Shown here: positions 55,131-64,000 of the stretch, one piece after another
Layout: each line of letters opens with the position of its first letter
Numbering within the stretch: the first letter of the stretch is position 1
DNA from: Eledone cirrhosa
Taxonomy: Eukaryota
DNA length: 64,000 nt
Direction: 5' to 3'
Assembly: GCA_964016885.1 (NCBI GenBank)
Contig: OZ024743.1
Coordinates: 110,360,001 to 110,424,000, forward strand
Program-made: the position numbers and the translations under genes
The notes under the pieces: generated by a model
Told to the model about the DNA's origin: nothing
Database searches by the model: none
What the model saw: the letters and a program-made list of their open reading frames with translations, nothing else

Positions 55131-55803
55131 AATCTTACATTTTTATTTGCATGCGCATATGTGTATTTTTATATTCAGATATAAATACCCAAACATATAT
55201 ACACCTACCTACATATATATTCATACATACACGCCTACAAACACAGATGATAATAGTATGGGGGAAAGGGGGGGGGGGTTGGAGAAGGGGATTATAGTAA
55301 ATATATGTTTCAAGAAACATAGAATATTATCTGTATCTGGATCCAATGTATGTTTTTACATAGTTTCAGTGTTAGGAAATACAAGAAATAAGGCAAAATT
55401 TATGCATTTCAAAATAAGTATACCATTAATTATATGTTAACTAAACTAAAGATAGTTAACATATTGATTTCTAAGGTGTAAATTAGTTAGGTTTATAATA
55501 TTTGAAGCAGAATTTTGAAGTTAAATAGTAGTAGAGTATTAATTATAGTATAACTAAATTAAAGTTATTAACGTTATGGTATCAATATTAGGAAATGAAT
55601 TTAGTAATAGGGAAAAAACAAATAAAGTATTACATCGGTAGTAGAATATAAATTATAGGTTAACTAAATTAAAAATTATATATTAATTTCTATAGTATAT
55701 GTTAATTAGGTATATAATAAATAAAACAGATATTGTATTTTATCAATAGCAGAATATAATTATATGCAAATAGAAATCAAAATTAATACATATACATATA
55801 CAT

Positions 55804-55882
<79 letters not shown>

Positions 55883-56369
55883 TACACATACATATACATA
55901 CATACATATACATATTTTTCAAAAATTGCAAAGAATATATTAACTAGGTATACATCCAAAACACATCCCATTGTATGATTACATGACACTCTGCAATCCG
56001 TCTGTATAAGGATACTAATTTTAAGCCAATTAAATTAAATTTTTAGGTTGACTAAATTTAAAACCAAATTATAAATATATTTCTAAAATGTATATTAATT
56101 AGGTCTATAATACTAAAGATTATTTCTCTGTCATTGGATACACGATATTTTGTTATATTTTATCTGTAAAGGAATTTTAATAAAAGGTTTAAATAAATTA
56201 AAATTAATCTATAAATTAAATTACTAAGTATATATTAGTAATATTTAAAGGTTTTTCACAATTTATGATTACACAATATTTTATATTCTCATCTGTAGTA
56301 GAATTTTAATTAAATTAAATTTATAGGTTAACTAACATTTAAATTAAATTAATTTCTAAAATAATGTTA

Positions 56370-58013
56370 TTAATTAGGTTTATAATATTTAAATGTTTTT
56401 TTTAGTTTATGATTACACGATATAATTAATTCCTGTCGTTTATTTAATAGGATATCCTTAGATTTCATTATTTCAAATAGTTCTTGGGAACATAATCTAC
56501 ATTCATTTCTATTATTTTGATAAGGGGTGGCTCTTTTGAGCACACTCCAGGTCAAATCATATTCTATATTCTTATTTTTATAACTATTGATTTTTTCTGC
56601 TAGAGATGTTGTATTAGCCAGTGCGGCATTTTTAAAACTATGCTTGTGGGTATTAAACCTTGTCTTAAAATTGTTAGAGGTAGCTCCTATATATGAGCAA
56701 ATAGAATCTTTAGTTTTAACATTACATTTATAGACTATGTTGTTAACAAGACAATTCCCTTTTAATGGGCAGTTTGCTTTGTTTCTACAGTTACAACCTT
56801 TCGTTAATTCTGTATTTGAGGAGATATTATGGTTAATTTGATGTACTGGTGGTATACTTATGGTTTTCTTACATTTATATGCATTATAGGCACTTATATT
56901 TTGTTTTATGTTATTTGTTGTAGAGTATGAGAATTTAACTGTAGACCTATTTAAGATTTGATGGTATTTGTGGTTTGGCGGGAAGTTTTTCTCTAGGATA
57001 TAAAAAAATTTTTTAGCAATATTATCCTTAATTTGTAAATTAAATGGAGCATTATACCAAGTAACCCGTCTATTACGGTTTCTATGTTGTTTATTATTTT
57101 TATTATTTTTATAGGTTGTATCGTGATGTTTACTAGGAGGATTAATGTTAATGATCTCACCACAACCATTTTTAGTTATATTTGTAGATTTAGGTGTTTT
57201 ATCCTTTTTATTAGGAGTTTTATTATTAATATTTGTTAGAGTTGTATGATGAGTAGTTTTTTGAGAGTTACTATATTTTATATTAGAAGATTTGGTATTT
57301 TGGGGTATAGTGTGGGTGGCATTTAGGTGTGTACTTTTCATTTGGTGTTTGTTGGTAATATTAGGTTGTATGCTTTTAGTATTTTTAGTAGAAGGTATAT
57401 ATTCTAATCTATTTTTGTGGCCACTTCTATCTAGAGCTTCGTTATAGAAGGTCGCATTTTTATCAAATACATCTTGGTTAGAAGAAAGGTTAGAAATTCT
57501 AAGTGATATATTATATGCAAGGTTTTTAAGGATAGATTTAGGGTGATTAGATTGTGAGTGTATGTAATGTAAGTTTTGGTTTGGTTTATGGTAAGGTTGG
57601 TAGATACCCGTAGCTAAATCTAAAGTTATATCTAGGAAATTTACTACTTTACTTGTTTTTTCAAAAGTAATATGAAGATTATAATAGTCTTTAAGGAAAG
57701 TTCTAATATGTTTTTTGTTTTTTTCAATTACTGAAAGGCTAAGGTTGTTAGAAAGAAGAAGACAGTCATCACGATATAAACCACCTTTGAGGTGGGGAAA
57801 GGAGGCATTTATGTTGAAAAGGAGAAAGAGGCCCACAAGATCAGTAATTTGGGCGGAATCGCTTGAACCCATAGTAATATCAAATAGATTACTATATGTG
57901 TTTCTGGTCCAGTATTCATTCTGAAATTCAATAAGTGTTAGTCTAGCATGTGTAATAATATTAATGTCATCCAAAGTTAAGTTAGATCTATTTTTAGCAA
58001 ATATCAATGCTTT
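56370..58013 (-). CDS. Penelope-like reverse transcriptase (C-terminal half) + zinc motif + GIY-YIG endonuclease; open frame but 5'-truncated
   Basis: FDITMGS..GLYRDD..NFLDITLDL..HSQSNHP; CNCRNKANCPLKGNCL; NIVYKC..SYIGAT..FKTRFNTH..CRLC..LLNKRQE. The first ~25 aa of the track ORF come from the inverted arm. Confidence 0.93.
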   Translation of the reverse strand, partial: KALIFAKNRSNLTLDDINIITHARLTLIEFQNEYWTRNTYSNLFDITMGSSDSAQITDLVGLFLLFNINASFPHLKGGLYRDDCLLLSNNLSLSVIEKNKKHIRTFLKDYYNLHITFEKTSKVVNFLDITLDLATGIYQPYHKPNQNLHYIHSQSNHPKSILKNLAYNISLRISNLSSNQDVFDKNATFYNEALDRSGHKNRLEYIPSTKNTKSIQPNITNKHQMKSTHLNATHTIPQNTKSSNIKYSNSQKTTHHTTLTNINNKTPNKKDKTPKSTNITKNGCGEIININPPSKHHDTTYKNNKNNKQHRNRNRRVTWYNAPFNLQIKDNIAKKFFYILEKNFPPNHKYHQILNRSTVKFSYSTTNNIKQNISAYNAYKCKKTISIPPVHQINHNISSNTELTKGCNCRNKANCPLKGNCLVNNIVYKCNVKTKDSICSYIGATSNNFKTRFNTHKHSFKNAALANTTSLAEKINSYKNKNIEYDLTWSVLKRATPYQNNRNECRLCSQELFEIMKSKDILLNKRQELIISCNHKLKKTFKYYKPN

Positions 58014-58356
58014 GTAATTTAATTTATAGATTAATTTTAATTTATTTAAACCTTTTATTAAAATTCCTTTACAGATAAAATATAACAAAATATCGTGTAT
58101 CCAATGACAGAGAAATAATCTTTAGTATTATAGACCTAATTAATATACATTTTAGAAATATATTTATAATTTGGTTTTAAATTTAGTCAACCTAAAAATT
58201 TAATTTAATTGGCTTAAAATTAGTATCCTTATACAGACGGATTGCAGAGTGTCATGTAATCATACAATGGGATGTGTTTTGGATGTATACCTAGTTAATA
58301 TATTCTTTGCAATTTTTGAAAAAATATGTATATTTATGTATGTATATGTATGTGTA

Positions 58357-58457
<101 letters not shown>

Positions 58458-59535
58458 ATGTATATGTATATGTATATGTATTAATTTTGATTTCTATTTG
58501 CATATAATTATATTCTGCTATTGATAAAATACAATATCTGTTTTATTTATTATATACCTAATTAACATATACTATAGAAATTAATATATAATTTTTAATT
58601 TAGTTAACCTATAATTTATATTCTACTACCGATGTAATACTTTATTTGTTTTTTCCCTATTACTAAATTCATTTCCTAATATTGATACCATAACGTTAAT
58701 AACTTTAATTTAGTTATACTATAATTAATACTCTACTACTATTTAACTTCAAAATTCTGCTTCAAATATTATAAACCTAACTAATTTACACCTTAGAAAT
58801 CAATATGTTAACTATCTTTAGTTTAGTTAACATATAATTAATGGTATACTTATTTTGAAATGCATAAATTTTGCCTTATTTCTTGTATTTCCTAACACTG
58901 AAACTATGTAAAAACATACATTGGATCCAGATACAGATAATATTCTATGTTTCTTGAAACATATATTTACTATAATCCCCTTCTCCAACCCCCCCCCCCT
59001 TTCCCCCATACTATTATCATCTGTGTTTGTAGGCGTGTATGTATGAATATATATGTAGGTAGGTGTATATATGTTTGGGTATTTATATCTGAATATAAAA
59101 ATACACATATGCGCATGCAAATAAAAATGTAAGATTGTGTGTATATATATGTGTGTGTGTATATATATATGTGTATATATGCATGTATATATATATGTGT
59201 ATGTGTATATATATATATATATATGTGTATATGTGTATATGTGTGTGGGCGTGTATGTGTATGTGTATATATATATATATATATATATGTGTGTATGTAT
59301 GTATGTGTATATATATGTGTGTATATATATGTATGTCTCTCTATATATATGTCTATCTTCGTATCTATGTGGGTATATGTGTGTATGTACATGTATGCAC
59401 ATGTATGTGTTTATGTGTATATGTGTGTATGTGTATATGTGTGCGTGTGCGCACATATATATGTGAGTGTGTGTGTGTGTGTGTGTATATGTATATATAT
59501 ATGTATATCTATGTGTGTATATATGTCTATATTCG

Positions 59536-59572
<37 letters not shown>

Positions 59573-60043
59573 TATTATTATAATATAACTTATGTGTATG
59601 TGTGTATATGTGAGGGTGTGTATATGTATATATATGTGTATATATATGTGTAAAAATATATATGTGTATGTGTGTTTTTTGTGTGTGTGTATATATATGT
59701 ATGTATATATGTGTGTATGTGTGTGTTTGTATGTGTGTTTATGGTTGTATGTGTGTGTGGGTGTATATATATAAATGTATGTGTATATATATATATATAT
59801 ATGTGTGTATATGTATCTCTATTAATGTGTGTATATATGTATATGTATATACCTTTTTCTTTGTATGTCTGAGTTGTGTGAGAGTGTAGTGGTGTTTGTA
59901 TGTATATACGCATATATGGATGCGTATGTATTTGTATATATGAGTATATGTAAGTGCGTATGTATGTATGAATATATATCTTTGTCTATGTATGAGTATA
60001 TATGTGTGTGTATGTATGTTGTGTGTGTATGTATGTATGTGTC

Positions 60044-60074
<31 letters not shown>

Positions 60075-60139
60075 GTGTGTATATGTATGTATGTATGTGT
60101 ATGTATGTACATGTATGTCTATGTATATGTGTATGTATA

Positions 60140-60204
<65 letters not shown>

Positions 60205-60421
60205 TTATTTTTTATATATATGTGTGTGTGTGTATGTGTGTGTGTGTATATATATCTTTATATATGTGTATGTGTATGTTCGTGTAGGTGTATGTGTGTG
60301 TATGACTATATATGTATGTGTGTATGTGTGTATGTATGTATATGTATGTGTGTGTACATGTATGTATGTGTATGTATATGTATGTGTGTATATGTGTATG
60401 TGTATATATATATATATATAT

Positions 60422-60453
<32 letters not shown>

Positions 60454-60729
60454 GTATCTCTATCTGTATATGTATATGTGTATAGGTATATACCTTTTTC
60501 TTTGTATGTCTGAGTTGTGTGATAGTGTAGTGGTGTTTGTATGTATATACCGATATATGGATGCGTAAGTATTTGTGTGTATGTATGTATGTATGTCTGT
60601 ATGTATTTGTGTGTATATATAGGTATGTATGTGTATATCTGTATGTATATAAGTATGTATGTGTATGTATATGTGCGTGTACGTGTATATATATGTGTGT
60701 CTATATATGTATGTGTGATTATGTGTGTA

Positions 60730-60762
<33 letters not shown>

Positions 60763-60850
60763 TTATATGTATGTGTGTATATGTGTGTATGTGTGTATAT
60801 GTATATGTTTATATATGTGTGTGTATGTATGTTCTAAGTGTAGATGTGTG

Positions 60851-60913
<63 letters not shown>

Positions 60914-61567
60914 ATATATATGTGTATATATATATATATTTTCTTGATATATTTCTTTTTTCTCTTTTTTCTTTTTCTTTTCTTTCCTTTTTAATTTTTA
61001 TTTTTTATTTCTTAGTTTATAGATACATCTAAAAATAAGCAGTCTGCCCAAACCGTTGAATACTGACCTCTCCCCCCCTCCCACCTAATTTCTGTATCTT
61101 GATATAAATGTGTGTGGCAGTGTTTATGTGAGTGAATTAATATCCATGTGCTTATGATAATATTATATCCACATATATATATATGTGTGTGGGGGTATGT
61201 GTGTGTGTGTATGTTCGTAATTATGTGTATGTTTATGCATATACGCGCGCGTGTGTGTGATTGTACGGATATGTGTGAGTATGAGAATATGTGTATACAC
61301 TTATTTCATATTTATGTGTCTATACGCATCTTATCTGTGCATTATAAACTTACAGAGACATTAACCTTGAAATTTTGTATTTGCATGCATCTTTTTGGCA
61401 AACGTATGCATGGTGAGCATACATTTTTGTATAAATATGAGTACGGGGTAGTTACATGTATATACACACACCGAACTGCATAAAACCTTTTGTATTTTCA
61501 TTGGTCAATTTTGTTCCCAAACGGACCTGAAATTTTGAATTGTTGTTATTATCAATAAATATATTTC

Positions 61568-61715
61568 ATTATTTCTGAAGACGGCGTATATATGTGATGG
61601 TATGTATATTTAATCTTGATAGTTTGTATAATTTTGTATAATTTTATACATAGATCTGTTGAATATGCATGCCAATTCTAACACATATATATCCTAGAAA
61701 CGATCGTTAAATAAT
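61568..61715 (+). ncRNA. Type-I hammerhead motif with a ~115 nt stem II region
   Basis: attattt CTGAAGA cggcgtatatatgtg..cacatatatatccta GAAAC GATC GTT aaataat; 7-bp stem I and palindromic GATC loop. Confidence 0.75.
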
Positions 61716-61794
61716 GAACTTTTTTTGTTTAATATAAGGAACTGTTTCATTGTTTTATTCATTATTTGTTTAATATTTTATATATATATATATA

Positions 61795-62831
61795 TATATA
61801 TCATAAAACATGTCTATAGAATCACAAGATAAAATATATACTATTTCCCCTCCCAATTAGCATAATTAACTATATAAAAAATCGAATAGACCAGGCTATA
61901 CGAATCAGGCTTCTATGAAGGAATCTCCGACAAATAACCAAAACTAGCGCTTCGCGTCGGCCGTAGCGGAATATTTATCGAATATTTCGACAGCGTAATC
62001 GCCTAGATATAGTCAACTAAACAGAATTAGGTTTAAAATAAACTAGGAGAAAACAGAATACATTTAAATACCTCTACCATGGTTTCGTCCGTGTTTTGAG
62101 TTTTCCAATAATTATGTAATAATCATATAAACTCGAGCGCCGGATTCTTCAGGAAGCTCGCTCATATCTAGACATTAAATTTTCCAAAACGATCGTGCCA
62201 AGAATTCATTTCAAAATGGCTAAAAATCGTGACGTAGTCGCGGTCAAGTTGGAAGGGGTGTGGTAGTTGCTTACGATTGGTGGCATTTTTGCTAGAAAGC
62301 ACAGCACAATACAGCCAAATTCGTATCTCAACCTAGTAAGAGATTATTACATATAAAAGTTTATATATATATATACATACACATACATATACGTGTTTTG
62401 CAACTGGTCACTTTGTGGCTCAATGAAAAATTAATAAATTAAACAATCAGAGCTATATATCATAACACATGTCTATAGAATCACAAGATATTAATTTTTC
62501 ATTGAGCCACAAAGTGACCAGTTGCAAAACACGTATATGTATGTGTATGTATATATATATGTAAACTTTTATATGTAATAATCTCCCACTAGGTTGAGAT
62601 ACGAATTTGGCTGTATTGTGCTGTGCTTTCTAGCAAAAATGCCACCAATCGTAAGCAACTACCACACCCTTCCAACTTGACCGCGACTACGTCACGATTT
62701 TTAGCCATTTTGAAATGAATTCTTGGCACGATCGTTTTGGAAAATTTAATGTCTAGATATGAGCGAGCTTCCTGAAGAATCCGGCGCTCGAGTTTATATG
62801 ATTATTACATAATTATTGGAAAACTCAAAAC
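61795..62831. mobile_element. PLE terminal-repeat-derived element with ~345 bp inverted arms and a short tandem restart
   Basis: 62092-62436 is the reverse complement of 62489-62831; the spacer repeats 61795-61831 (tatatatcataa.acatgtctatagaatcacaagata). Confidence 0.82.
62071..62156 (-). ncRNA. Type-I hammerhead motif
   Basis: Minus strand: cttc CTGAAGA atccg..(~50 nt)..cggac GAAAC CATG GTA gagg; palindromic CATG loop. Confidence 0.75.
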
Positions 62832-63100
62832 ATAATTCGGATGTCACAGTATCTTTCTTGATTGCCTATTATGACATAGTGTAGCAATAATGGACTGAAA
62901 TTCTGATGAAACAATTGTTAATACGTAGATTAAATCCTTTTGTAACGGTCTACCTTCGTCCTATTTCTCTTTTTTGATTACACTCCTCGTTTTTTCGTGT
63001 TTCCACCAGAGAATCCCTACCAACCTGTCGAGTCACCTTAACGTATGTTGATAACTTTCCTCACAACTTTTTCTACCAAGCTTTGGAATATTCCTAATTA

Positions 63101-63178
<78 letters not shown>

Positions 63179-63242
63179 ATAGATAGAGCATACACTATTT
63201 AATAGAAGGGGAAAAGGGAGAGAATTGTGTGTGTATATATAT

Positions 63243-63368
63243 ATTTCTGAAGACAGCATATATGTGTAGGTATGTATATTCCCTCTGATAGTTTGTCAAA
63301 AATTTACATAGATCTATATGATATACATACCAACACAAACATATATATCCTAGAAACGATCGTAAAAT
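63243..63368 (+). ncRNA. Hammerhead motif in a solo terminal repeat related to the 52-62 kb PLE family
   Basis: attt CTGAAGA cagcatatatgtgt..acatatatatccta GAAAC GATC GTA aaat; downstream aatataaggaactgtttc matches 61731-61748. Confidence 0.72.
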
Positions 63369-63746
63369 GATGAATTGTTTAATATAAGGAACTGTTTCTT
63401 TGTTTTTATTCATTATTTTTATTAATTTATATATATATATATATATATCGTTTGTGATTCGATTGCTGACTTGGTCAGTTCACACTGCTGCACATTAATA
63501 TTACTACCACAGCGACTATTCGAATTAACATGAGTAGGAATAATCATTGAGCTTCTGTCTTCCGAATTTTCTGTTTCCTGTATATGTCCCACGTGTTCCT
63601 AAATGATAATGTTTAAATCAAAACTGATATATATATACATATATATATATATAAATAAATATATATATATATATACATACATGTGTGTGTATGTGTGTAT
63701 GTATGTTTATATATATATATATGTCTGTATATATATATACGTCTGC

Positions 63747-63862
<116 letters not shown>

Positions 63863-64000
63863 GTATGTATGCGTCTGGGTATAATTCTTAGTTTTATTAC
63901 TTATGTATTATTTATGAATATGTAAAAAGTTCACATTGTCATGGAATATTTATGTTATGGCACACATACAATATAGCTCCTACGTATATTATGTTTTGGG

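Noticed and set aside
56370-58013. Possible selenoprotein-type Naiad (in-frame UGA)
   Set aside because: The surviving frame has no in-frame stop, and I could not identify a SECIS by eye; the missing 5' part cannot be assessed.
58014-58088. Start codon and N-terminus of the 572-aa ORF
   Set aside because: Derived from the inverted UTR arm; the open frame is fortuitous.

Overview
AT-rich, microsatellite-dense eukaryotic DNA, probably octopus (inferred from the SINE family and TA/CA repeat load). No host gene, rRNA, tRNA or CRISPR array is supportable, and most track ORFs are translated microsatellites. The window is largely retrotransposons. It holds two RTE-clade LINE copies, each with a 5' inversion, and several Penelope-like elements (PLEs; Naiad-type RT + CxC..CP..G.C zinc motif + GIY-YIG) sitting in (TA)n tracts. 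It also has a ~24 kb nest of L1/Tx1 and R4/Dong LINEs joined through (TAA/TTA)n tracts (27.9-51.4 kb) and eight SINE copies. The main signal is PLE fold-back architecture at several scales: a ~9.4 kb structure with ~3.8 kb inverted arms around an open RT-GIY-YIG frame, a 4.1 kb doubly inverted relative, 0.8-1 kb mini-elements and 200 bp palindromes. At least eight type-I hammerhead-ribozyme-like motifs accompany these, several with very long stem II insertions. All calls were read by eye; no searches or folding were run.
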